The position numbers and the translations under genes are program-made. Source: Eledone cirrhosa (lineage: Eukaryota). Taken from it: a stretch of DNA of 64,000 nucleotides. The notes under the pieces were generated by a model, which was not told the DNA's origin, ran no database searches, and was given only the letters and a program-made list of their open reading frames with translations. Of the stretch, positions 52,801-64,000 are shown piece after piece. How positions within the stretch are numbered: position 1 is the first letter of the stretch; every line of letters begins with the position of its first letter. Location: contig OZ024741.1 in assembly GCA_964016885.1 (NCBI GenBank), positions 251,038,001 to 251,102,000 on the forward strand, given 5' to 3'.

Positions 52801-55266
52801 TTGTAAAAAAAAATCTGGGGGAGATAATTTGTAAAAAAAAATCAGGGGTGATAATATGTAAAAAAAATCAAGGGGAGATAATTTCCAGCCGTCCAAGGGA
52901 AGATAATTTCCAGCCCTCCAAGGGGCTATAATTTCCAGCGTCCAAGGGGGGGTAATTTCCAGCCAGCGAAGGGGAGATAATTTTTTTTTAAAAATCACTG
53001 GGAGATTTGTAAAAGAAATCAGGGGGAGATAATTTGTAAAAAAAATCAAGGGGAGATAATTTCCAGCCGTCCAAAGAGAGATAATTTCTAGCCGTCCAAG
53101 GGGAGATAATTTCCAGCCAAGGGGAGATAATTTCCAGCCGTCCAAGGGGAGATAATTTTTTTAAATATCAGGTGGAGATAATTTGTAAAAAAAATCAGGG
53201 GGAGATAATTTGTAAAAACAAAATCAAGGGCAGATAATTTCCAGCCGTCCAAGGGGAGATAATTTCCAGCCGTGCAAGGGGAGATAATTTGTAAAAAAAT
53301 CAGGGGGAGATAATTTCCAGCCGTCCAAGGGGAGATAATTTTCAGCCGTCCAAGGAGAGGTAATTTCTAGCCGTCCAAGGGGAGATAATTTCCAGCCGTG
53401 CAAGGGGAGATAATTTCCAGCCAGCCAAGGGGAGATAATTTCCAGCCAGCCAAGGGGAGATAATTTCCACCCGTCCAAGGGGAGATAATTTCCATCCAGC
53501 CAAGGGGAAATAATTTTAAAACAATCAGGCGGAGATAATTTGTAAAAAAAAAAATCAGGGGGAGATAATTTGTAAAAAAAAATCAGGGGGAGCTAATTTG
53601 TAAAAAAATATCAGGGGGAGATAATTTCCAGCCAGCCAAGGGGAGATAATTTCCAGCCAGCCAAGGGGAGATAATTTGTAAAAAAAATCAATGGGAGATA
53701 ATTTCCAGCCGTCCAAGGGGAGATAATTTCCAGCCAGCCAACGGGAGATAATTTCCAGCCAGCCAAGGGGAGATATTTGTAAAAAAAAATCAGGGAGAGA
53801 TAATTTGTAAAAAAAAAATCAGGGGTAGATAATTTGTAGAAGAAATCAAGGGGAGATAATTTCCAGCGGTCCAAGGGGAGATAATTTCCATCCAGCCAAG
53901 GGGAGATAATTTTTTTTTAAATATGAGGCGGGGATAATTTGTAAAAAAAAATCAGGGTGAGATAATTAGTAAAAAAATCAAGGGGAGATAATTCCCAGCC
54001 GTCCAAGGGGAGATAATTTCCAGCCCTAAAAGCGGCTATAATTTCCAACCGTCCAAAGGAAGATAATTTCCAGCCAGCGAAGGGGAGATAATTTTTTTTT
54101 AAATTAGGGGGATATTTGTAAAAAAAATCAGGGGGAGATAATTTGTAAAAAAAATCAAGGGGAAATAATTTCCAGCCGTCCAAGGGGAGATAATTTCCAG
54201 CCGTCCAAGGGCAGATAATTTCCAGCCGTCCAAGGAGAGATAATTTCCAGCCGTCCAAGGGCAGATAATTTCCAGCCGTCCAAGGAGAGGTAATTTCTAG
54301 CCGTCCAAGGGGAGATAATTTCCAGCCTCCAAGGGGAGATAATTTCCAGCCAGCCAAGGGGAGATAATTTGAAAAAAAAATCAGGAGATAATTTGTAAAA
54401 AAAAATCAGGAGGAGATAATTTGTAAAAAAAAATCAGGGGGAGATAATTTGTAAAAAAAAATCAGGGGGAGATAATTTGTAAAAAAAATCAAGGGGAGAT
54501 AATTTCCAGCCGTCCAAGGGGAGATAATTTTCAGCCGTCCAAGGAGAGGTAATTTCTAGCCGTCCAAGGGGAGATAATTTCCAGCCGTCCAAAAGGAGAT
54601 AATTTCCAGCCGTCCAAGGGGAGATAATTTAAAAAAAATCAGGTGGAGATAATTGGTAAAAAAAAAATCAGGGGGAGATAATTTGTAAAAAAAAATCAGG
54701 GGGAGATAATTTGTAAAAAAATCAAAGGGAGATAATTTCCAGCCGTCCAAGGGGAGATAATTTCCAGCCAAGGGGAGATAATTTCCAGCCGTCCAAGGGG
54801 AGATAATTTTTTAAAAAATCAGGTGGAGATAATTTGTAAAAAAAATCAGGGGAAGATAATTTGTAAAATCAAAATCAAGGGCAGATAATTTCCAGCCGTC
54901 CAAGGGGAGATAATTTCCAGCAGTGCAAGGGGAGATAATTTCCAGCCGTCCAAGGGGATATAATTTCCATCCTTCCAAGGGGAGATAATTTCCAGGCGTC
55001 CAAGGGGAGATAATTTTCCGCCAGCCAAGGGAAGATCATATTTAAAAAAATCAGGCGGAGATAATTGGTAAAAAAAATCAGGGGGAGATAATTTGTAAAA
55101 AAATCAGGGTGAAATAATTTGTAAAAAAAAACAGGGGGAGATAATTTGTAAAAAAAAATCAGGGGGAGAAAATTTGAAAAAAAAATCAGGGGTAGCTAAT
55201 TTGTAAAAAAAAATCAGGGGGAGATAATTTGTAAAAAAAAAATCAGGGGGAGATAATTTGTAAAAA
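49801..55266 (+). repeat. Near-tandem duplication, period 2861-2862 bp (49801-52405 and 52663-55266)
   Basis: ORF pairs 50362/53224, 50749/53611, 51695/54556 and 51985/54846. Shared ttccacccg, ttaaaacaatc, cagcggtcc, aaatatgagg and caggaggag. Confidence 0.92.
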
Positions 55267-58200
55267 AATCAAGGGGAGATAATTTCCAGCCGTCCAAGGG
55301 GAGATAATTTTCAGCCGTCCAAGGAGAGGTAATTTCTAACCGTTCAAGGGGAGATAATTTCCAGCCGTCCAAGGGGAGATAATTTCCAGCCGTCGAAGGG
55401 GAGATAATTTTAAAAAAATATCAGGCGGAGCTAATTTGTAAAAAAAATAATCAGGGGCAGATAATTTGTAAAAAAAAATCAGGGAGAGATAATTTGTAAA
55501 AAAAAAATCAGGGGTAGATAATTTGTAGAAGACATAAAGGGGAAATAATTTCCAGCCGTCCAAGGGGAGATAATTTTCAGCCGTCCAAGGAGAGGTAATT
55601 TCTAGCCGTCCAAGGGGAGATAATTTCCAGCCGTCCAAGGGGAGATAATTTCCAGCCGTCCAAGGGGAGATAATTTAAAAAAAAATCAGGTGGAGATAAT
55701 TGGTAAAAAAAAAATCAGGGGGAGATAATTTGTAAAAAAAAATCAGGGGGAGATAATTTGTAAAAAAAATCAAGGGGAGATAATTTCCAGCCGTCCAAGG
55801 GAAGATAATTTCCAGCCCTCCAAGGGAAGATAACTTCCAGCCCTCCAAGGAGCTATAATTTCCAGCGTCCAAGGGGAGATAATTTCCAGCCAGCGAAGGG
55901 GAGATAATTTTTTTTTAAAAATCACTGGGAGATTTGTAAAAAAAATCAGGGGGAGATAATTTGTAAAAAAAATCAAGGGGAGATAATTTCCAGCCGTCCA
56001 AAGAGAGATAATTTCTAATCGTCCAAGGGGAGATAATTTCCAGCCAAGGGGAGATAATTTCCAGCCGTCCAAGGGGAGATAATTTGTAAAAAAATCAGGG
56101 TGAAATAATTTGTTAAAAAAAACAGGGGGAGATAATTTGTAAAAAAAAATCAGGGGGAGAAAATTTGAAAAAAAAATCAGGGGTAGCTAATTTGTAAAAA
56201 AAAATCAGGGGGAGATAATTTGTAAAAAAAAAATCAGGGGGAGATAATTTGTAAAAAAATCAAGGGGAGATAATTTCCAGCCGTCCAAGGGGAGATAATT
56301 TTCAGCCGTCCAAGGAGAGGTAATTTCTAGCCGTTCAAGGGGAGATAATTTCCAGCCGTCCAAGGGGAGATAATTTCCAGCCGTCCAAGGGGAGATAATT
56401 TTTTAAAAAAATCAGGCGGAGCTAATTTGTAAAAAAAATAATCAGGGGCAGATAATTTGTAAAAAAAAATCAGGGGGAGATAATTTGTATACAAAATCAA
56501 GGGGAGATAATTTCCAGCCGTCCAAGGCGAGATAATTTCCAGCCGTCCAAGGGGAGATAATTTACAGCTGTCCAAGGAGAGGTAATTTCTTGGCGTCCAA
56601 GGGGAGATAATTTCCAGCCGTCCAAGGGGAGATAATTTCCAGCCAGCCAAGGGGAGATATTTGTAAAAAAAATCAGGGAGAGATAATTTGTAAAAAAAAA
56701 TCAGGGGTAGATAATTTGTAGAAGACATAAAGGGGAAATAATTTCCAGCCGTCCAAGGGGAGAAAATTTCCATCCAGCCAAGGGGAGATAATTTTTTTAA
56801 AAAAATCAGGCGGAGATAATTTGTAAAAAAAAATCAGGGGGAGATAATTAGTAAAAAAATGAAGGGGAGATAATTTCCAGCCGTCCAAGGGGAGATAATT
56901 TCCAGCCCTACAAGCAGCTATAATTTCCAGCCGTCCAAAGGGAGATAATTTCCAGCCAGCGAAGGGGAGATAATTTTTTTTTAAATTAGGGGGATATTTG
57001 TAAAAAAAATCAGGGGGAGATAATTTGTAAAAAAAATCAAGGGGAAATAATTTCCAGCCGTCCAAGGGGAGATAATTTCCAGCCGTCCAAGGGGAGATAA
57101 TTTCCAGCCGTCCAAGGAGAGGTAATTTCCAGCCGTCCAAGGGGAGATAATTTCCAGCCGTCCAAGGGGAGATAATTTCCAGCCGTTCAAGGGGAGATAA
57201 TTTCCAGCCGTCCAAGGAGAGGTAATTTCTAGCCGTCCAAGGGGAGATAATTTCCAGCCGTCCAAGGGGAGATAAATTCCAGCCTCCAAGGGGAGATAAT
57301 TTCCAGCCAGCCAAGGGGAGATAATTTGTAAAAAAATCAGGGGGAGATAATTTGTAAAAAAAAATCAGGGGGAGATAATTTGTAAAAAATAAATCAGGGG
57401 GAGATAATTTGGAAAAAAAATCAGGGGTAGATAATTTGTAAAAAAAAATCAGGGGGAGATAATTTGTAAAAAAATCAAGGGGAGATAATTTCCAGCCGTC
57501 CAAGGAGAGATAATTTTCAGCCGTCCAAGGAGAGGTAATTTCTAGATAATTTGTAAAAAAATCAGGGGAAGATAATTTGTAAAAACAAAATCAAGGGCAG
57601 ATAATTTCCAGCCGTCCAAGGGGAGATAATTTCCAGCAGTGCAAGGGGAGATAATTTCCAGCCGTCCAAGGGGAGATAATTTCCATCCTTCCAAGGGGAG
57701 ATAATTTCTAGCCGCCCAAGGGGAGATAATTTCCCGCCATCCAAGGGAAGATAATATTAAAAAAAATCAGGCGGAGATAATTTGTAAAAAAAATCAGGGG
57801 GAGATAATTTGTAAAAAAATCGGGGGGAGATAATTTGTAAAAAAAAATCAGGGGGAGATAATTTGTAAAAAAAATCAGGGGGAGATAATTTGTAAAAAAA
57901 AATCAGGGGTAGATAATTTGTAAAAAAAAATCAGGGGGTGATAATTTGGAAAAAAAAATCAAGGGGAGATAATTTCCAGCCGTCCAAGGGGAGATAATTT
58001 TAAAAAAAAATCAGGCGGAGCTAATTTGTAAAAAAATAATCAGGGGCAGATAATTTGTAAAAAAAAATCAGGGGGAGATGATTTGTATACAAAATCAAGG
58101 GGAGATAATTTCCAGCCGTCCAAGGCGAGATAATTTCCAGCCGTCCAAGGGGAGATAATTTACAGCTGTCCAAGTAGAGGTGATTTCTAGGCGTCCAAGG

Positions 58201-61200
58201 GGAGATAATTTCCAGCCGTCCAAGGGGAGATAATTTCCAGCCAGCCAAGGGGAGATAATTTCCAGCCAGCCAAGGGGAGATATTTGTAAAAAAAAATCAG
58301 GGAGAGATAATTTGTAAAAAAAAAATCAAGGGTAGATAATTTGTAGAAAACATAAAGGGGAGATAATTTCCAGCCGTCCAAGGGGAGAAAATTTCCATCC
58401 AGCCAAGGGGAGATAATTTTTAAAAAAAAATCAGGCGGAGATAATTTGTAAAAAAAAATCAGGGGGAGATAATTTCCAGCCGTCCAAGGGGAGATAATTT
58501 TCAGCCGTCCAAGGAGAGGTAATTTCCAGCCGTCCAAGGGGAGATAATTTCCAGCCAGCGAAGGGGAGATAATTTTTTTTTAAATTAGGGGGAGATTTGT
58601 AAAAAAAATCAGGGGGAGATAATTTGTAAAAAAAATCAAGGGGAAATAATTTCCAGCCGTCCAAGGGGAGATAATTTCCAGCCGTCCAAGGGGAGATAAT
58701 TTCCAGCCGTCCAAGGAGAGGTAATTTCCAGCCGTCCAAGGGGAGATAATTTCCAGCCGTCCAAGGGGAGATAATTTCCAGCCGTTCAAGGGGAGATAAT
58801 TTCCAGCCGTACAAGGAGAGGTAATTTCTAGCCGTCCAAGGGGAGATAATTTCCAGCCGTCCAAGGGGAGATAAATTCCAGCCTCCAAGGGGAGATAATT
58901 GCCAGCCAGCCAAGGGGAGATAATTTGTGAAAAAAATCAGGGGGAGATAATTTGTAAAAAAAATCAGGGGGAGATAATTTGTAAAAAAAAATCAGGGGGA
59001 GATAATTTGTAAAAAAAAATCAGAGGGAGATAATTTTTAAAAAAAATCAAGGGGAGATAATTTCCAGCCGTCCAAGGGGAGATAATTTTCAGCCGTCCAA
59101 GGAGAGGTAATTTCTAGCCGTCCTAGGGGAGATAATTTCCAGCCGTCCAAGGGGAGATAATTTCCAGCCGTCCAAGGGGAGATAATTTTTTTTTAAAAAT
59201 CAGGCGGAGATAATTTGTAAAAAAAAAATCAGGGGGAGATAATTTGTAGAAAAAAATCGGGGAGATAATTTGTAAAAAAAAATCAGGGGGAGATAATATG
59301 TAAAAAAAATCAAGGGGAGATAATTTCCAGCCGTCCAAGGGAAGATAATTTCCAGCCCTCCAAGGGGCTATAATTTCCAGCGTCCAAGGGGAGATAATTT
59401 CCAGCCAGCGAAGGGGAGATAATTTTTTTTTTAAAATCACTGGGAGATTTGTAAAAAAAATCAGGGGGAGATAATTTGTAAAAAAAATCAGGGGGAGATA
59501 ATTTCCATCCAGCCAAGGGGAGATAATTTTAAAAAAATCAGGCGGAGATAATTTGTAAAAAAAAAAATCAGGGGGAGATAATTTGTAAAAAAAAATCAGG
59601 GGGAGATAATTCGTAAAAAAAATCAAGGGGAGATAATTTCCAGCCGTCCAAGGGGAGATAATTTCCAGCCAGCGAAGGGGAGATAATTTTTTTTTTTAAA
59701 TCAGGGGTAGATTGGTAAAAAAAAATCACGGGGAAATAATTTGTAAAAAAATCAAGTGGAGATAATTTCCAGCCGTCGAAGGAGAGATAATTTATAGCCG
59801 TCCAAGGGGAGATAATTTCCAGCAAGCCAAGGGAGATAATTTTTTTAAAAAATCAGGCGGAGATGATTTGTAAAAAAAATCAGGTGGAGATAATTTGTTA
59901 AAAAAAATGAGGGGGCGATAATTTCCAGCCGTCCAAGGGGAGATAATTTCCAGCCGTCCAAGGGGAGATAATTTTTTTTTTAAATCAGAGGAGTTAATTT
60001 GTAAAAAAAATCAGGGGGAGATAATTTGTGAAAAAAATCAGGGGGAGATAATTTGTAAAAAAAAATCAGGGGGAGCTAATTTGTAAAAAAATATCAGGGG
60101 GAGATAATTTCCAGCCAGCCAAGGGGAGATAATTTCCATCCTTCCAAGGGGAGATAATTTCCAGCCGTCCAAGGGGAGATAATTTCCCGCCAGCCAAGGG
60201 AAGATAATACTTTAAAAAATCAGGCGGAGATAATTTGTAAAAAAAATCAGGGGGAGATAATTTGTAAAAAAATCGCGGGGAGATAATTTGTAAAAAAAAA
60301 ATCAGGGGGAGATAATTTGTAAAAAAAATCAGGGGGAGATAATTTGTAAAAAAAAATCAGGGGTAGATAATTTGTAAAAAAAAATCAGGGGGAGATAATT
60401 TGGAAAAAAAACTCAAGGGGAGATAATTTCAAGTCGTCCAAGGGGAGATAATTTCCAGCCGTCCAAGGGGAGATAATTTTTAAAAAAAATCAGGCGGAGA
60501 TAATTTGTAAAAAAAAAATCAGGGGGAGATAATTTGTAAAAAAATCAAGGGGAGATAATTTCCAGCCGTCCAAGGGGAGATAATTTTCAGCCGTCCAAGG
60601 AGAGGTAATTTCTAGCCTTTCAAGGGGAGATAATTTCCAGCCGTCGAAGGGGAGATAATTTAAAAAAAAAATCAGGCGGAGCTAATTTGTAAAAAAAATA
60701 ATCAGGGGCAGATAATTTGTAAAAAAAAATCAGGGGGAGATAATTTGTACACAAAATCAAGGGGAGATAATTTCCAGCCGTCCAAGGCGAGATAATTTCC
60801 AGCCGTCCAAGGGGAGATAATTTACAGCTGTCCAAGTAGAGGTAATTTCTAGGCGTCCAAGGGGAGATAATTTCCAGCCGTGCAAGGGGAGATAATTTCC
60901 AGCCAGCCAAGGGGAGATAATTTCCAGCCAGCCAAGGGGAGATATTTGTAAAAAAAATCAGGGAGAGATAATTTGTAAAAAAAAAATCAGGTGTAGATAA
61001 TTTGTAGAAAACATAAAGGGGAGATAATTTCCAGCCGTCCAAGGGGAGAAAATTTCCATCCAGCCAAGGGGAGATAATTTTAAAAAAAAAATCAGGCGGA
61101 GATAATTTGTAAAAAAAATCAGGGGGAGATAATTAGTAAAAAAAATCAAGGGGAGATAATTTCCAGCCGTCCAAGGGGAGATAATTTCCAGCCCTACAAG

Positions 61201-61424
61201 CAGCTATAATTTCAAGCCGTCCAAAGGGAGATAATTTCCAGCCAGCGAAGGGGAGATAATTTCTTTTTAAATTAGGGGGAGATTTGTAAAAAAAATCAGG
61301 GGGAGATAATTTGTAAAAAAAATCAAGGGGAAATAATTTCCAGCCGTCCAAGGGGAGATAATTTCCAGCCGTCCAAGGGGAGATAATTTCCAGCCGTCCA
61401 AGGAGAGGTAATTTCTAGCCGTCC

Positions 61425-61670
61425 AAGGGGAGATAATTTCCAGCCGTCCAAGGGGAGATAATTTCCAGCCGTTCAAGGGGAGATAATTTTCAGCCGTCCA
61501 AGAGGTAATTTCTAGCCGTCCAAGGGGAGATAATTTCCAGCCGTCCAAGGGGAGATAATTTCCAGCCGTTCAAGGGGAGATAATTTTCAGCCGTCCAAGA
61601 GGTAATTTCTAGCCGTCCAAGGGGAGATAATTTCCAGCCGTCCAAGGGGAGATAATTTCCAGCCGTCCAA
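61425..61670 (+). repeat. Local 97-bp (4-monomer) tandem duplication
   Basis: The 3-bp-deleted head CAAGAGGT occurs at 61499 and 61596, each preceded by ccgttc and ttttcagcc monomers. 97 = 4x25 - 3. Confidence 0.9.
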
Positions 61671-64000
61671 GGGGAGATAATTTTTTTTTTTAAATCAGGG
61701 GAGATAATTTGTAAAAAAAATTAGGGGGAGATAATTTGTGAAAAAAATCAGGGGGAGATAATTTGTAAAAAAAAATCAGGGGGAGCTAATTTGTAAAAAA
61801 ATATCAGGGGGAGATAATTTCCAGCCAGCCAAGGGGAGATAATTTGTAAAAAAAATCAATGGGAGAAAATTTCCAGCCGTCCAAGGGGAGATAATTTCCA
61901 GCCGTCCAAGGGAAGATAATTTTTAAAAAATAATCAGGCGGAGATAAGTTGTAAAAAAAAATCAGGGGGAGATAATTTGTAAAAAAAAATCAGGGGGAGA
62001 TAATTTGTAAAAAAAATCAAGGGGAGATAATTTCCAGCCGTCCAAAGAGAGATAATTTCTAGCCGTCCAAGGGGAGATAATTTCCAGCCAAGGGGAGATA
62101 ATTTCCAGCCGTCCAAGGGGAGATAATTTTTAAAAAAATCAGGTGGAGATAATTTGTAAAAAAAATCAGGGGAAGATAATTTGTAAAAACAAAATCAAGG
62201 GCAGATAATTTCCAGCCGTCCAAGGGGAGATAATTTCCAGCAGTGCAAGGGGAGATAATTTCCAGCCGTTCAAGGGGAGATAATTTCCAGCCGTACAAGG
62301 AGAGGTAATTTGTAGCCGTCCAAGGGGAGATAATTTCCAGCCGTCCAAGGTGAGATAAATTCCAGCCTCCAAGGGGAGATAATTGCCAGCCAGCCAAGGG
62401 GAGATAATTTGTAAAAAAATCAGGGGGAGATAATTTGTAAAAAAAAATCAGGGGGAGATAATTTGTAAAAAAAAATCAGGGGGAGATAATTTGTAAAAAA
62501 AAATCAGAGGGAGATAATTTGTAAAAAAATCAAGGGGAGATAATTTCCAGCCGTCCAAGGGGAGATAATTTCCAGCCGTCCAAGGAGAGGTAATTTCTAG
62601 CCGTCCTAGGGGAGATAATTTCCAGCCGTCCAAGGGGAGATAATTTCCAGCCGTCCAAGGGGAGATAATTTTTTTTTTTAAATCAGGCGGAGATAATTTG
62701 TAAAAAAAAATCAGGGGGAGATAATTTGTAGAAAAAAATCGGGGAGATAATTTGTAAAAAAAAATCAGGGGGAGATAATATGTAAAAAAAATCAAGGGGA
62801 GATAATTTCCAGCCGTCCAAGGGAAGATAATTTCCAGCCCTCCAAGGGGCTATAATTTCCAGCGTCCAAGGGGAGATAATTCCCAGCCAGCGAAGGGGAG
62901 ATAATTTTTTTTAAAAAATCACTGGGAGATTTGTAAAAAAAATCAGGGGGAGATAATTTGTTAAAAAATCAAGGGGAGATAATTTCCAGCCGTCCAAAGA
63001 GAGGTAATTTCTAGCCGTCCAAGGGGAGATAATTTGCAGCCAACGGGAGATAATTTCCAGCCGTCCAAGGGGAGATAATTTCCAGCCGTGCAAGGGGAGA
63101 TAATTTGTAAAAAAAATCAGGGGGAGATGATTTCCATCCAGCCAAGGAGAGATAATTTTAAAAAAATCAGGCGGAGATAATTTGTAAAAAAAAAAATCAG
63201 GGGGAGATAATTTGTAAAAAAAAATCAGGGGGAGATAATTTGTAAAAAAAATCAAGGGGAGATAATTTCCAGCCGTCCAAGGGGAGATAATTTCCAGCCA
63301 GCGAAGGGGAGATAATTTTTTTTTTTAAATCAGGGGTAGATTGGTAAAAAAAAATCACGGGGAGATAATTTGTAAAAAAATCAAGTGGAGATAATTTCCA
63401 GCCGTCGAAGGAGAGATAATTTATAGCCGTCCAAGGGGAGATAATTTCCAGCAAGCCAAGGGAGATAATTTTTTTAAAAAATCAGGCGGAGATGATTTGT
63501 AAAAAAATCAGGTGGAGATAATTTGTTAAAACAAATCAGGGGGCGATAATTTCCAGCCGTCCAAGGGGAGATAATTTCCAGCCGTCCAAGGGGAGATAAT
63601 TTTTTTTTTTAAATCAGAGGAGATAATTTGTAAAAAAAATCAGCGGAAGATAATTTGTGAAAAAAATCAGGGGGAGATAATTTGTAAAAAAAAATCAGGG
63701 GGAGCTAATTTGTAAAAAAATATCAGGGGGAGATAATTTCCAGCCAGCCAAGGGGAGATAATTTCCAGCCAAGGGGAGATAATTTCCAGCCGTCCAAGGG
63801 GAGATAATTTTTTAAAAAATCAGGTGGAGATAGTTTGTAAAAAAATCAGGGGAAGATAATTTGTAAAAACAAAATCAAGGGCAGATAATTTCCAGCCGTC
63901 CAAGGGGAGATAATTTCCAGCAGTGCAAGGGGAGATAATTTCCAGCCGTCCAAGGGGAGATAATTTCCATCCTTCCAAGGGGAGATAATTTCCAGCCGTC

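Larger units (their letters stand above)
1..64000 (+). repeat. Compound two-monomer tandem repeat (satellite-like array) filling the entire window; extends beyond both ends
   Basis: The core GGGGAGATAATTT or a 1-3 nt variant recurs every ~21-30 bp from start to end, always on the + strand. It is followed by CCAGCCGTCCAA (type A) or GT-A(n)-TCA (type B). No non-repeat stretch was seen. Confidence 0.99.

Noticed and set aside
65-63454. All minus-strand ORFs in the track (60-303 aa, e.g. 40099..41010, 56673..57503)
   Set aside because: They are translations of the two monomers (DGWKLSPLGRLEIISPWTAGNYLP, DFFYKLSPP, IFFTNYLPL). They overlap in several frames, mostly start at TTG-type codons, and open or close with homopolymer length changes. 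No domain-like sequence.
1-64000. CRISPR-like repeat-spacer array
   Set aside because: The constant part is only ~13-15 bp and the intervening parts are ~10-15 bp in two recurring classes, not unique spacers. No leader or cas genes.
1-64000. Telomerase- or RT-templated repeat (some budding-yeast telomere units are 23-25 bp)
   Set aside because: Point variants are inherited in kb-scale duplicated blocks, which indicates DNA-level recombination and not repeated copying from a short RNA template. I recognise no telomeric motif.
1-64000. Assignment to a named satellite family or organism
   Set aside because: I do not recognise the monomers. A eukaryotic origin is plausible from scale and organisation but needs a database search.

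Overview
The whole 64 kb is one uninterrupted, single-orientation compound tandem repeat (satellite-like DNA). I found no unique sequence, credible gene, RNA gene, transposon or CRISPR array. It is built from two monomers sharing the core GGGGAGATAATTT: type A, 25 bp (CAAGGGGAGATAATTTCCAGCCGTC), and type B, about 26-30 bp (CAGGGGGAGATAATTTGT-A7-11-T). A B-derived linker (type C, GATAA-Tn-Am-TC) marks most A-to-B switches. By length there are roughly 2,400-2,500 monomers, in alternating A and B blocks of irregular length. Diagnostic variants show fixed multi-monomer modules reshuffled by in-register recombination, plus nested duplications at offsets of about 97 bp, 1.96, 2.86, 2.9, 3.4, 3.9, 11.16, 13.2, 28, 49.4, 58.4 and 62.2 kb. 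All listed ORFs are minus-strand read-throughs of the repeat. The most notable points are the asymmetric junction rules, a TnAm linker whose T/A boundary slides while total length stays fixed, and short out-and-back template-switch tracts. I cannot identify the organism or satellite family from the sequence. Duplication boundaries were read by eye and are approximate to within tens of bp.
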